The position numbers were made by a program, and so were the translations under genes. Of a DNA stretch of 32,000 nt, positions 16,911 to 26,519 are shown piece by piece (the first letter of the stretch is position 1; each line of letters begins with the position of its first letter). Below the pieces are notes generated by a model. It saw only the letters and a program-made list of their open reading frames with translations, had not been told where the DNA came from and did no database searches. The stretch comes from Promethearchaeota archaeon (lineage in GTDB: Archaea > Asgardarchaeota > Lokiarchaeia > Sigyniarchaeales > SOKP01): assembly GCA_030606485.1 (NCBI GenBank), contig JAUWGH010000001.1, positions 240,001-272,000 of the forward strand. Reading direction: 5' to 3'.

Positions 16911-17108
16911 TCATAATTCTTTTAAAAATTCTTCTTTAAGGATGGCAAGTAATCTCTTTTTTTCATCCCCCTCTATACATTTTATATCTTTCCCTATCTG
17001 TAATATGTCGTAGGGATTCTTTTCTAAGACCTGTTGTCCTTTTTGTTCTTTTTCATCCTTTTTTGAACTACTCTCATAAGAAAAGTTCATCAACCAAATA
17101 TACCTCAA
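16911..17108 (-). CDS. Small acidic/basic hypothetical protein
   Basis: 65-aa ORF sharing EGD(D/E)KxxLLA(I/L)LKxxFL with the 48-aa ORF. The true start may be the internal Met (MNFSY). Confidence 0.55.
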   Translation of the reverse strand: MRYIWLMNFSYESSSKKDEKEQKGQQVLEKNPYDILQIGKDIKCIEGDEKKRLLAILKEEFLKEL

Positions 17109-17237
17109 ATCTCATTTATCGACAAAATTTATAAATGTATGCGAAAGATTGTTTTTCCGTGTTAGTGTTTCTTCCCTTTTTTTCCCGAGAGAAAAAGGAA
17201 TAATATAAATCTATTGATCAATTATTTTTTCATACTT

Positions 17238-18017
17238 ATGCCATATCTCAATTTTAAAGGAAAAAAAATTTATTATCAGCTTAAAGAAAATAACGTAGCA
17301 AGTTCGCAAAATAAAGGATTAATTTTTATTCATGGGTCAGGGAGTACTTCGCTCATTTGGCAAAATCAGATTGATGGTCTAAATCTTGATTATAAATTAA
17401 TAGCGGTTGACCTCCCTTCACATGGAAATTCTGACAAATTTTTAATATCAGAAATTACCCTCGACCTTTACGTTAATGTTATTGAAAAATTGAAAGAATC
17501 TTTAAAATTAGAAAAAATAATTTCATGTGGGCATTCATTAGGTGGTGCTATTATATTATCCTATTATTTAAAAAATCCTAATGATATTGAATCTTTAATT
17601 TTATGCGCTACAGGCGCTCGATTACGGACTAGCCCCGTTATATTCCAACAACTCACAGATGATTATAAACAATATCTGAATTATATACGTCAAACAGCAT
17701 TTCATAGAAAAACTCCTAAATCAATTACTGATACCTATAGAGAACAACTCTCTAAAGTCGACCCCCAAGTCATTTATAACGACTTTAAAATATGTGATGG
17801 TTTTGATATTATGCAGGAGTTGAAATTAATTCAAGTTCCGTGCCTAATTTTATGTGGAGATAGTGATGTCTTAACCCCTACGAAGTATAGTCAATACTTC
17901 CACACTAATATTAAAGACAGTCAATTACATATTTTACAACAAGCGGGGCATATGGTAATGTTAGAAAAACCCCAACTAGTAAATCAATACATCCAAGAAT
18001 TTACAGAGACTTTATAA
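17238..18017 (+). CDS. Alpha/beta hydrolase (start revised from TTG 17214 to ATG 17238)
   Basis: Motifs FIHGSG, DLPSHG, nucleophile GHSLGG, GDSDVLTP and AGHMVMLE. Confidence 0.9.
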   Translation: MPYLNFKGKKIYYQLKENNVASSQNKGLIFIHGSGSTSLIWQNQIDGLNLDYKLIAVDLPSHGNSDKFLISEITLDLYVNVIEKLKESLKLEKIISCGHSLGGAIILSYYLKNPNDIESLILCATGARLRTSPVIFQQLTDDYKQYLNYIRQTAFHRKTPKSITDTYREQLSKVDPQVIYNDFKICDGFDIMQELKLIQVPCLILCGDSDVLTPTKYSQYFHTNIKDSQLHILQQAGHMVMLEKPQLVNQYIQEFTETL

Positions 18018-18094
18018 TCAAAGCATTTAAAATAAAGAAATTAACTATTATTTTATTAAAACCATTAAAAAATTTTAAATAACGAGGTAATAAT

Positions 18095-18880
18095 ATGAAA
18101 ATCGGTTATGTTCAAACATCTCCAATTTTTGGTGAAAAAGAGCAAAATCTTAACCAAGTTGAAGGATTGTTAGTTAATGTAAAAGCAGATCTTATTGTAT
18201 TTCCTGAACTATTCGCTACAGGTTATACATTTGTTTCTAAAGAAGAAGCAGAAGCTCTGGCAGAAAATTTAAATGGAATAACAGCTCAGTTTTTGCAAAA
18301 AATGGCTAAAATTACAGGGGCGGTAATTGTTGGGGGTTTTATTGAAAAAGAGAATAAGGAAATTTTTAATTCTGCGATGTTGGTTTCTGAAACCGGCGTA
18401 ATTGGTACATATAGGAAAATCCATCTCTATTATAAAGAAAAATTATGGTTTTCACCTGGAAATCACCCCTTAAAAGTCTATAAGATAAAATCTTTTATAG
18501 TAGGTATGATGATTTGTTTTGACTGGATTTTCCCTGAAACTGCTCGAACACTTGCAATTTTAGGTGCTGATATTATTACACATCCTTCAAATCTAGTACT
18601 TCCTTATTGTCAAAAAGCAATGACAACGCGCTGTTTAGAAAATCGGGTTTTTGCCATCACATCTAATCGAATTGGTCAAGAGAAACGTGGTTTAGATAAT
18701 TTTTCCTTTACAGGAGCTAGTCAGATTACATCTTTTAACGGTGATGTCCTCTCTTCCGCCCCAATTGATAAAATTCATGCTGATTTTGTTGAAATTGAAG
18801 TTAAAAAGGCTAGAGATAAAAAAATCAATGAATTTAATGATATTATTGCAGATAGACGAATAAAGTATTACCATAAGTAA
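18095..18880 (+). CDS. Nitrilase/carbon-nitrogen hydrolase family amidohydrolase
   Basis: E-K-C triad in FPELF, YRKIHL and MICFDWIFPE. Confidence 0.93.
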   Translation: MKIGYVQTSPIFGEKEQNLNQVEGLLVNVKADLIVFPELFATGYTFVSKEEAEALAENLNGITAQFLQKMAKITGAVIVGGFIEKENKEIFNSAMLVSETGVIGTYRKIHLYYKEKLWFSPGNHPLKVYKIKSFIVGMMICFDWIFPETARTLAILGADIITHPSNLVLPYCQKAMTTRCLENRVFAITSNRIGQEKRGLDNFSFTGASQITSFNGDVLSSAPIDKIHADFVEIEVKKARDKKINEFNDIIADRRIKYYHK

Positions 18881-18902
18881 TGGAATTTAACGGTTTTAGA
18901 TT

Positions 18903-19709
18903 ATGAATAAACTGAAAAGATATTGCTACGGACCTTTTCCATCAAGACGATTGGGTCTTTCTCTTGGAATTGATATACTACCTAAATCTAAACTTTGTAC
19001 CTATAACTGTGTTTATTGTGAAATTGGTCAAACTCAACCAATAAATTTAGTCTCTCCTGAACATCGAATTCACGCCCCACCATCTCAAAATCTTCGAAAA
19101 GAATTAACTTCTTATATAAAATATATCTCTAAATTAGACTCAATTACTTTTGGATATAATGGTGAACCAACATTAAACGAAAATATGCTGGATTTTTTAA
19201 ATATTGCAACAGAAATAAGAGATGAAAAAAGTTGGCTTAATAATAAACCAAGATTTACATTATTTACAAATTCTAGCACGCTTTATTCTCAAGAAATTCG
19301 AGATAGGGTTAAGAAGTTTGAACTGATTTTAGCAAAATTAGATGTTGCTAATGATGATGACTTCAAAAGAACAAATCGTCCTCATAAAACTGCTCCGAAT
19401 ATTGAGACAATAATTGAAAATCTCGCTAAATTAAAAAAAGAAATGTCTACGGAACACAAATTAGCAATTCAGTGCTTAATCTTTAATTCTAATAAGAAAG
19501 AGTTCATATCTAACAATACTCCAAAAAACATTAATGATTTGGCTTATGCTCTTAAAAAAATTAAACCAGATATAGTGCAAGTCTATTCTATAGCAAGAAT
19601 GCCTGCAAATTATTTCGTTTTTTCGATTGATGATAAAAGAAAGCAAGAAATTGTCAATATATTCAGAGATGTTATTAAAGATAATGATGTATATGTGAGA
19701 TATTACTAG
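18903..19709 (+). CDS. Radical SAM protein (COG0731-like)
   Basis: Motifs YGPFPSRRLGLSLGID, CTYNCVYC, GYNGEPTL, FTNSS and AKLD. Confidence 0.9.
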   Translation: MNKLKRYCYGPFPSRRLGLSLGIDILPKSKLCTYNCVYCEIGQTQPINLVSPEHRIHAPPSQNLRKELTSYIKYISKLDSITFGYNGEPTLNENMLDFLNIATEIRDEKSWLNNKPRFTLFTNSSTLYSQEIRDRVKKFELILAKLDVANDDDFKRTNRPHKTAPNIETIIENLAKLKKEMSTEHKLAIQCLIFNSNKKEFISNNTPKNINDLAYALKKIKPDIVQVYSIARMPANYFVFSIDDKRKQEIVNIFRDVIKDNDVYVRYY

Positions 19710-19741
19710 ATTTATTTTTAAATAGCTTTTTAGCGTAAAGT

Positions 19742-20350
19742 CTATTCAGATTTATGCCAAAATTTGGGAAATAAAGCACCCGTCTGTTTTTGATATTCAC
19801 GATATTTATCTCCAAAACGTTTAATGAGATCTTTTTCCTCGTAGTGAATCATAATTGGAACATATGTTAATATAAAAATAAACATGATTAGTACGAGAAA
19901 CCATGAATTAATAGCGAATGCAATGGCAACAAATATTGGAAACTCACCAAGCGATTGTGGATGTCGAACATAATTATATATCCCCCCATACATTTCTGTT
20001 TCTTTTGACGGACGTAGAGACTCGGAGCCAGCATCTTTCACACCTTTAAACATAATTATTAAACCAGGAACAACAATCGCAATGCATATACCTATACCCA
20101 CCACAATATTCGGATGTATTATCCAATTTAATGAAGGAATAGGAAACCATATCCAGAGCAAATTATTAATGATAATAATAAATTCAAAAAAACCAGCTAA
20201 GGATCGCAATATCATGCAATCCTTCCACGCTCGTTCTCCCCTTTTTTCCTTTCTTTTCATTGGCTGGATGCTTAGCGTATAAAAATAGCAAAAAATGAAT
20301 ATACTGAGAACCAATGAAATGAAATTTAGCCATTCTATCATAACAGACAA
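19742..20350 (-). CDS. ICMT/PEMT-family membrane methyltransferase
   Basis: TM helices followed by GIYNYVRHPQSLGE and EEKDLIKRFGDKYREYQKQTGALFP. Confidence 0.88.
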   Translation of the reverse strand: MSVMIEWLNFISLVLSIFIFCYFYTLSIQPMKRKEKRGERAWKDCMILRSLAGFFEFIIIINNLLWIWFPIPSLNWIIHPNIVVGIGICIAIVVPGLIIMFKGVKDAGSESLRPSKETEMYGGIYNYVRHPQSLGEFPIFVAIAFAINSWFLVLIMFIFILTYVPIMIHYEEKDLIKRFGDKYREYQKQTGALFPKFWHKSE

Positions 20351-20414
20351 TTTATAATTAAATCATTCTCTCAGCAAGGAAAATATTATATAATATAATA
20401 ATGAATACATAAAT

Positions 20415-21296
20415 ATGGGTTTTATAAATTCTGAGGGAAAATTCAACGATAATTCGTATCTCATAGATGGGCAATTATTCAAGATGAGTGGTCTCATGGC
20501 CGTCTACATAATTGAGAACAAGGGTATACGTATGATGATCGATACTTCATCAGAAATAGCAGTAAGAAAAATTGTAAAAAAATTAAAAGAATTTGGATTA
20601 TTCCCAATTCATAAATTACTCTTAACTCACAGTCATTTTGATCATATACAAGGTGTAGATAAATTAAAGAAATTAGTGGGAGACTTTGAAGTTTTAGCTT
20701 CAGAAAACGCCATAGATGACTTAAAGAACCCAGAAAGGATTAGTGAACCCTTTAAAGTTACTGTGAAGCCAATAGAAAATGTTACACCATTAAAAGAAGG
20801 AGCTATAATTGACTTAAATGGTTTAGAATTGGAAATTATCAATGTTTTTGGACATACAATGGATAGTATTGCAATTTTTGATAAAAAAAATAAAAATATT
20901 TTTCTGGGAGAACCCTTTCATCATAAAGCGGATTATGAAACTATTATTCCAAATTTTTATCCTCCCGATTTTAATGAAGTAGAGCTCCTTAAAACGTTTC
21001 AAAAATTAAGAAATATGAAAGATGACTTTAATTCAATATCTTTAGCCCATTTTGGAGTTTGGAAAGATGAAGACGTAGATAAAATCTTAGACGAGATGGA
21101 AGAAATTCATTTTAAAACAAAAGATGCGATTATAAAATGGTATAATGAAAATCCAACACCTGAATATATAACAGCAAAATATCACGAAACATTTATACCA
21201 AATTCGAAAATACATACTAAAGAGAAAATATTTGCGCTACAAAAAATGATTGAATGGCAAATAATCGGTCTAAAGACAAGCGGATTTATCAAATAA
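20415..21296 (+). CDS. Metallo-beta-lactamase fold hydrolase
   Basis: Motifs MIDTS, LTHSHFDHIQG, GHTMDS and LAHFG. Confidence 0.88.
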   Translation: MGFINSEGKFNDNSYLIDGQLFKMSGLMAVYIIENKGIRMMIDTSSEIAVRKIVKKLKEFGLFPIHKLLLTHSHFDHIQGVDKLKKLVGDFEVLASENAIDDLKNPERISEPFKVTVKPIENVTPLKEGAIIDLNGLELEIINVFGHTMDSIAIFDKKNKNIFLGEPFHHKADYETIIPNFYPPDFNEVELLKTFQKLRNMKDDFNSISLAHFGVWKDEDVDKILDEMEEIHFKTKDAIIKWYNENPTPEYITAKYHETFIPNSKIHTKEKIFALQKMIEWQIIGLKTSGFIK

Positions 21297-21355
21297 AATT
21301 TTTTTAAACAAAAACGCACTTTATCATTTAATTAACACCTTTAGCTCATGAGATT

Positions 21356-22360
21356 ATGGAAGAAAGGTATATTGTTGGAGTAGATATTGGGGGCACATGG
21401 ATACGGGTTGGAATTTGTACGGCTGACCTTAAAGAGGAGAATATAAAGCGTAAACTTACTAAAACTGGAAAGGAAAATCAATACTCTATTAGTACCTCTG
21501 TCAATAAGCTTCTGAATGAATTATTAGTAGAGAATCGCATTAAAAAGGAACAATTAATCGGTATTGGTTTAGCTTCTGCTGGTCCTTTAGATATCGAGAA
21601 GGGTAAGATATTCAATAACGCTAATTTGGGATTTAAAATAATTCCTTTAAAAAAACCCATCGAAAAAAAATTTCCAGGGATTCCTATATATTTTATTAAT
21701 GATTGTAATGGTGCTGTTTTAGGGGTTCATTATTTTGAAGCGGAAGATCGTGAAAAAGATAATTTAGTCTATATTACAATCTCAACTGGAATTGGCGGTG
21801 GTGTAATTTGCAACGGGCATTTACTACTTGGAAAAGAAGGGAATGCAGTAGAAGTTGGTCATGGATTAGTTGCCCCAAAAAGTAAGATTCAATGTAATTG
21901 CGGAGCCTATGGATGTTGGGAAGTGTTTAGTTCAGGAACTGGAGTAAAAAATAGAGCTTTAGAAGCGATAAGTGAAGGGAAATTAAATACAGATATTCTA
22001 CTAAAAATTGTAAATAATGATATTACAAAAATTACGGCAAAAGAAATATTTCAAGCAGCTCGGAAAGGTGATAAGCTTTCAAAAAAAGTTGTAGATGACT
22101 GTGTTTTTTATACAACGGTTGGTTTTGGGTTAGTTAATAATTTTTATGATTGTCAGACTATTTACGTGGGGGGAGCAATGATGAAAGATCACAAGCAGAT
22201 TCTTCCTCCAATAATAAAGAAATTTAAAGAAAATCCCATTATTTTCACGATTAATAATCCACCAGAAATAAAACTTACTAAATTAGGTGATGATGTCGGT
22301 TTAAGAGGGGCTTTAGCCCTAGTTAAATACAAGACTGAAAATCATAAAGTAATTTCTTAA
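21356..22360 (+). CDS. ROK family sugar kinase (glucokinase-like)
   Basis: Motifs GVDIGGT, INDCNGA, STGIGGG, EVGH and the Zn motif CNCGAYGCWE. Confidence 0.92.
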   Translation: MEERYIVGVDIGGTWIRVGICTADLKEENIKRKLTKTGKENQYSISTSVNKLLNELLVENRIKKEQLIGIGLASAGPLDIEKGKIFNNANLGFKIIPLKKPIEKKFPGIPIYFINDCNGAVLGVHYFEAEDREKDNLVYITISTGIGGGVICNGHLLLGKEGNAVEVGHGLVAPKSKIQCNCGAYGCWEVFSSGTGVKNRALEAISEGKLNTDILLKIVNNDITKITAKEIFQAARKGDKLSKKVVDDCVFYTTVGFGLVNNFYDCQTIYVGGAMMKDHKQILPPIIKKFKENPIIFTINNPPEIKLTKLGDDVGLRGALALVKYKTENHKVIS

Positions 22361-22407
22361 ATTTAAATAAAAGTTATATTATCATTCATCTTTTAATTCA
22401 TATTGCT

Positions 22408-23844
22408 ATGAAAAACGATAATTTAATAATAACACCCAGTGGAATCCGGGGAATAGTCGGAGAAGGATTAACTGTTCCGACTGTTATTAACATAGTTTCT
22501 GCTTTTGGGCAGTGGATTCAAAAATTTGGGATTGAAGTAATAATTGGAAGAGATACTCGCATTTCCGGTGAGATGCTTGAATCTGCAGTTATCTCAGCTC
22601 TGGTTTCAGTCGGGTGTAAGGTAATTAATTTAGGTATATGTCCAGCTCCAGTTCTTATTTACACAAAAAATAAATTAAAAGTACCTGGTGGTATTATTAT
22701 TTCGGGAAGCCATAACCCTCCTGAATGGAATGCTTTAAAATTTTTATCCCAACAAACCTTTCTTAGTAAAGCAGAGTTAGAAGAAATTACAGAAATATCT
22801 GACTCTGATAAAATTAATTATGCAACTTGGGATACACTCTCACAAATAAAAGTTATTGATCCTATTGATGATTATCTAAGCGATTTACTTAAGCATTTAG
22901 AATCAGATTCAATAAAAAAGAAAAATAAATTAAAAGTAGTAGTAGATACAGGAGCAGGCACGGCAAAAGATATAGTTCCCAAAATGCTGGAATCACTTGG
23001 TTGTGTAGTAAAAGTAATTAATAATGAACTATTAGAAGGAAATGATTTTCCACGAAATCCAGAACCAGTTGAATCAAATCTTGAAAGCTTAATAGAAATA
23101 ATAAAAAATGGGCAATTTGATGTTGGTTTCGCCTATGATTGCGATGCGGATCGATTAAGTCTCGTTGGAAATGATGGTCAATGGTATCAAGAAGATATTG
23201 GTCTTGCTTTAATTGCTGAACATACTTTTAATGAATTATCAGAAGAAAAGAAAAAAGGAATATTTGTCACGAATGTTGCTTCATCTTTAATGTTTGATTC
23301 AATTGTGAATAAATATAATGGCTCAATAATAAGAACTCCAATTGGTGAAAGATACCTCGCAGAGAAGATGTTTTTAATAGAAGAGAAGAAAGCAGAATTG
23401 AATATTAGTAAAAGCTCTTTTATTTTTGGTGGGGAGGGCTCTTGTGGGGGTGTTATGTTTCCATCATTTAACAATGCTAGGGATGCTATTTTTGCTACGG
23501 CAAAAATTATCGAAATTTTGGTAAAATCAGGTGAAGTAATTTCAGATTTAATTAGTAAGTTACCAATGTTTTATTCAAAACGTGTGAATGTATCCATTCA
23601 TGGAAAAGATTTAGAAATAATAAAACACGAATTAAAAAATCACAAAATAACACAAGGTAAAGTTTTTTCTGAAATAGGTCAAGACATAAAAGTATTATAT
23701 CCTGACCAGTGGTTCGTTTTAATACACCCATCAAATACAGAACCAGTAATTAGAATAATTAGTGAGGCGAAATCTGAAGATCTAGCTGAAAAACTTGTTC
23801 AATTTATTACTCAAATTGTTCAAAAAACCTCAACTATTTCATAA
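22408..23844 (+). CDS. Phosphohexomutase (PMM/PGM/GlmM family)
   Basis: Motifs SGIRG, phosphoserine SGSHNP, metal loop DCDADR, GGEGSCGG and HPSNTEPVIRI. Confidence 0.93.
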   Translation: MKNDNLIITPSGIRGIVGEGLTVPTVINIVSAFGQWIQKFGIEVIIGRDTRISGEMLESAVISALVSVGCKVINLGICPAPVLIYTKNKLKVPGGIIISGSHNPPEWNALKFLSQQTFLSKAELEEITEISDSDKINYATWDTLSQIKVIDPIDDYLSDLLKHLESDSIKKKNKLKVVVDTGAGTAKDIVPKMLESLGCVVKVINNELLEGNDFPRNPEPVESNLESLIEIIKNGQFDVGFAYDCDADRLSLVGNDGQWYQEDIGLALIAEHTFNELSEEKKKGIFVTNVASSLMFDSIVNKYNGSIIRTPIGERYLAEKMFLIEEKKAELNISKSSFIFGGEGSCGGVMFPSFNNARDAIFATAKIIEILVKSGEVISDLISKLPMFYSKRVNVSIHGKDLEIIKHELKNHKITQGKVFSEIGQDIKVLYPDQWFVLIHPSNTEPVIRIISEAKSEDLAEKLVQFITQIVQKTSTIS

Positions 23845-24054
23845 CTATTATTTTTTGCAATAAATAAAATAAAGAAAATTTCCAACTGCTGTTGTTGGTA
23901 CCTTGAAAAAAAAAGATTGTTTTATTTTTTATTAATACAATTATGTAAGAGATAAAGATACCCATAGATAGATTTATTAATACAGATATTATACTATTAA
24001 ATGCTAATTTTTTAAAACAATATTTTAGTAAAATAAAAAAAGGGAAAAGACTTT

Positions 24055-24798
24055 ATGAAAAAAAAAAGCATAAATTTAATCTTAATTCTAAACTTTCTAC
24101 TAATCCTTGCAATGTTTATAAGCGTAAATATTGTCGTAGCAACTAACACTCCAAATCCATCTACATCAGATAACATAGATGATCCGGCTAATGATGTAAT
24201 AACATATAATAATCAAACGAGTACTTGCGAATCAACTTCTCTTCACCCTATACTTGATATTGATTCAATGGTTCGTTCTGGCCAAGAATTTACTGTTACA
24301 TTATATGAACTATTCCCACAAAGTGGTAGTTACCAATTTACATTAATTTTAAAGGATGGAACAGATATATATTATATAATTTATGTTCCGGGAGGAGTAA
24401 CTTATGATTTACATCTTATGTCAAGTGAGGGTTTCTGGAATGGTTCAGAATTTACTTTATATATGTTTAGTATGCCTGTAAGTGTAGGTTCCGTATCTGG
24501 TAAAATATTTAGTGCAACTATTCCAACTGCAGCTCTTTTAATTACTAGTTCGATAGAATGGACTTTTATGGCTTCTTATTATGATTCTGCGACTCCCGAT
24601 ATTTTAATTCTAGATGTGTGCCCCGATTCATATATTTTTCAAATGTGTCCTGATGGAGATGGTGATGGAAATGGTGATGGAGATGGTGATGGAAATGGTG
24701 ATGGATTTACAATTCCTGCATATGAAATACCAATTTTATTAGGAATTACTACCATCTTTACAATGGGGCTCATTTATATCCAAAAGAAGCGAATCTAA
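24055..24798 (+). CDS. Secreted/surface protein with a Loki-CTERM-like sorting tail
   Basis: N-terminal signal, a Gly/Asp linker and a C-terminal IPAYEIPILLGITTIFTMGLIYIQKKRI. Confidence 0.8.
   Translation: MKKKSINLILILNFLLILAMFISVNIVVATNTPNPSTSDNIDDPANDVITYNNQTSTCESTSLHPILDIDSMVRSGQEFTVTLYELFPQSGSYQFTLILKDGTDIYYIIYVPGGVTYDLHLMSSEGFWNGSEFTLYMFSMPVSVGSVSGKIFSATIPTAALLITSSIEWTFMASYYDSATPDILILDVCPDSYIFQMCPDGDGDGNGDGDGDGNGDGFTIPAYEIPILLGITTIFTMGLIYIQKKRI
24652..24705 (+). repeat. 24-bp tandem repeat encoding (DGDGDGNG)x2-DG
   Basis: GATGGAGATGGTGATGGAAATGGT twice, followed by GATGGA. Confidence 0.95.
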
Positions 24799-24920
24799 AT
24801 TAAATATAAATTTTTTTTTTATTATATAAAAATTTCAGTTTTTTTTTTCTTTTTAATAGATTGTTAATTTTAATTAAATTTGTTGATTTATAAATAAATA
24901 AACATTTTTAAAAAATCATT

Positions 24921-25613
24921 TTACTTAATTGCGTAATCAACCGCAAATTCTGCATGAATTTTTGTTGTATCAAATAATGGAACTTCAACATCTTCTTGCT
25001 TAATTAGTAAGGGAATTTCTGTACAACCTAATATTACTCCTTCTGCGCCCTTCTCAGCAAGATTTAATATTATTTTCTTATATTGCTCTTTAGATGTTTC
25101 CTTTATTATTCCCAAGCAAAGCTCGTCAAAAATTATATCATTGACAATTTGCATCTCTTCAGAATTCGGTACAATTACTTCAATATCATGCTTTTCAATG
25201 AGTCTGCCCTTATAGAAATCTTCTTCCATAGTAAATTTGGTTCCCAAAAGCCCAACTTTCTTGAAGCTCTTTTCTTTAATTTTTTCAGCCGTCGCATCAG
25301 CAATATGTAGCAAGGGTATATTAATGCTACTTTCAACTTCTCCTGCCATCTTATGCATTGTATTGGTACAAATAATAATCACATTTGCACCTGCTTTCTC
25401 TAATCTTTGAGCGCAATCTATCATTATTTTTGTGAGGTCTTCCCACTTTCCTTGGTGTTGCAATTTTTCGATCTCATCGAAATCAACTGAATACATAATA
25501 CATTCAGCAGAATGAAGCCCTCCTAATTTTTGCTTTACGGTTTCATTAATTATTCTATAATATTCAAGAGAAGATTCCCAACTCATACCTCCAATAAGTC
25601 CTATTTTCTTCAT
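24921..25613 (-). CDS. PLP-independent aspartate/glutamate-family amino-acid racemase (YgeA/RacX-like)
   Basis: Motifs IGLIGGMSWESS, ICTNTMH, GLLGTKFTM, LGCTEIP and FDTT. Both catalytic Cys are present. Confidence 0.93.
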   Translation of the reverse strand: MKKIGLIGGMSWESSLEYYRIINETVKQKLGGLHSAECIMYSVDFDEIEKLQHQGKWEDLTKIMIDCAQRLEKAGANVIIICTNTMHKMAGEVESSINIPLLHIADATAEKIKEKSFKKVGLLGTKFTMEEDFYKGRLIEKHDIEVIVPNSEEMQIVNDIIFDELCLGIIKETSKEQYKKIILNLAEKGAEGVILGCTEIPLLIKQEDVEVPLFDTTKIHAEFAVDYAIK

Positions 25614-25803
25614 AGTTTTAATGAATTAAATTTAATTTTTAATTTTTTATTCAATAATTATTTATTTACAAATGTTGATTTCACTTTTAAAAAATTTTAT
25701 TCTATTTTCTTATAAGATATATATTTAGAAATCTCTATTATCACTGATTTTATTAAAATAAAAAACGATATCCAGCTAATAAAAATGATAATAAATAAAT
25801 ATT

Positions 25804-25840
25804 TATGTTTAAATACATTTAAATCTATGTTTAAATACAT
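25804..25840 (+). promoter_or_regulatory. Putative VapBC promoter/operator: two 15-bp direct repeats
   Basis: TATGTTTAAATACAT at 25804-25818 and 25826-25840 (22-bp period). Each is quasi-palindromic (ATGT-N6-ACAT) and contains TTTAAATA. Confidence 0.75.
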
Positions 25841-25847
25841 ATACATT

Positions 25848-26087
25848 ATGGCACATAAAACAATAACTGTTTCATTAAAAGCTTATACATTATTGAAAAA
25901 ACGTAAAAGATCTGAAAAAGAATCATTTTCAGAAGTTATTATAAGGCTCTTAGCTCCAAAATATAAAAGCAAAGGAATAACGGCGTTATATGGTTGTCTA
26001 AAAGGACAAACAGATGAATGGGAAAATATTTTACAAGATATTTATAAAAATAGAGAAAAAGAACACCTAAAAAGTGTGAAAGTATAA
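25848..26087 (+). CDS. vapB: VapB-type antitoxin (DUF217-like), start revised from 25785
   Basis: MAHKTITVSLKAYTLLKKRKRSEKESFSEVIIRLL. The stop overlaps the toxin start (TAATG). Confidence 0.88.
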   Translation: MAHKTITVSLKAYTLLKKRKRSEKESFSEVIIRLLAPKYKSKGITALYGCLKGQTDEWENILQDIYKNREKEHLKSVKV

Positions 26088-26482
26088 TGGTTGTTTTAGA
26101 TACTGATATTATAATTCAATCTTGGAAAGAAAATGAAGAGGCTATAAATACAATAGATTATTTTATCGATAATAAAATATATTTGGAAATCACTATTATA
26201 AATTTGTTAGAACTCTACAGGGGGATATATTTATCTACACAATGTGAAAAGAATTTGAAAATTATTAAAGAATTCTTAGAATATGTTGATATCTTATCAT
26301 TAACGGAGGAATCCTGTAAAATCTATGGTAAGATTTATAAGGATCTTAAAGAAACAGGCAAATTAATCAATGATTTTGATTTAATAATAGCCGCAATTGT
26401 TATTCAAAATAATACTTCATTAATTACGAGAAATATCAAACATTTTGAAAATATTAAGGAATTAAAAGTAGAATCTTGGTAA
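26087..26482 (+). CDS. vapC: VapC PIN-domain toxin
   Basis: Motifs VLDTDII, LLELYRG, INDFDLIIAA and LITRNIKHF. Confidence 0.93.
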   Translation: MVVLDTDIIIQSWKENEEAINTIDYFIDNKIYLEITIINLLELYRGIYLSTQCEKNLKIIKEFLEYVDILSLTEESCKIYGKIYKDLKETGKLINDFDLIIAAIVIQNNTSLITRNIKHFENIKELKVESW

Positions 26483-26519
26483 GGACCCTTTTAGATTAAA
26501 TTAAAAAAAAAGAGTAAAT

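Noticed and set aside
16911-17108. J-domain resemblance (KNPYDILQIGKD) and possible Sec read-through of the TGA into CLYFC
   Set aside because: No HPD motif or J-domain helices. The paralogue ends at the equivalent position with TAA, and no SECIS could be supported.
17128-17147. ATTTATAAATGTATGCGAAA as a fifth cassette copy
   Set aside because: It matches the TATA part and a degenerate left half-site only. The right arm is missing, so it may be just a promoter.
18903-19709. Wyosine synthase TYW1/Taw1
   Set aside because: I could not find the auxiliary-cluster cysteines expected N-terminal to the radical SAM motif, so it is left as a generic family member.
19742-20350. ICMT-like gene as evidence of eukaryote-type CAAX prenylation
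   Set aside because: This family is widespread in prokaryotes, and no prenyltransferase or CAAX substrate is visible here.
25785-25847. 21-aa N-terminal extension of VapB
   Set aside because: It translates the operator repeats. The family-typical start is MAHKTITV at 25848.
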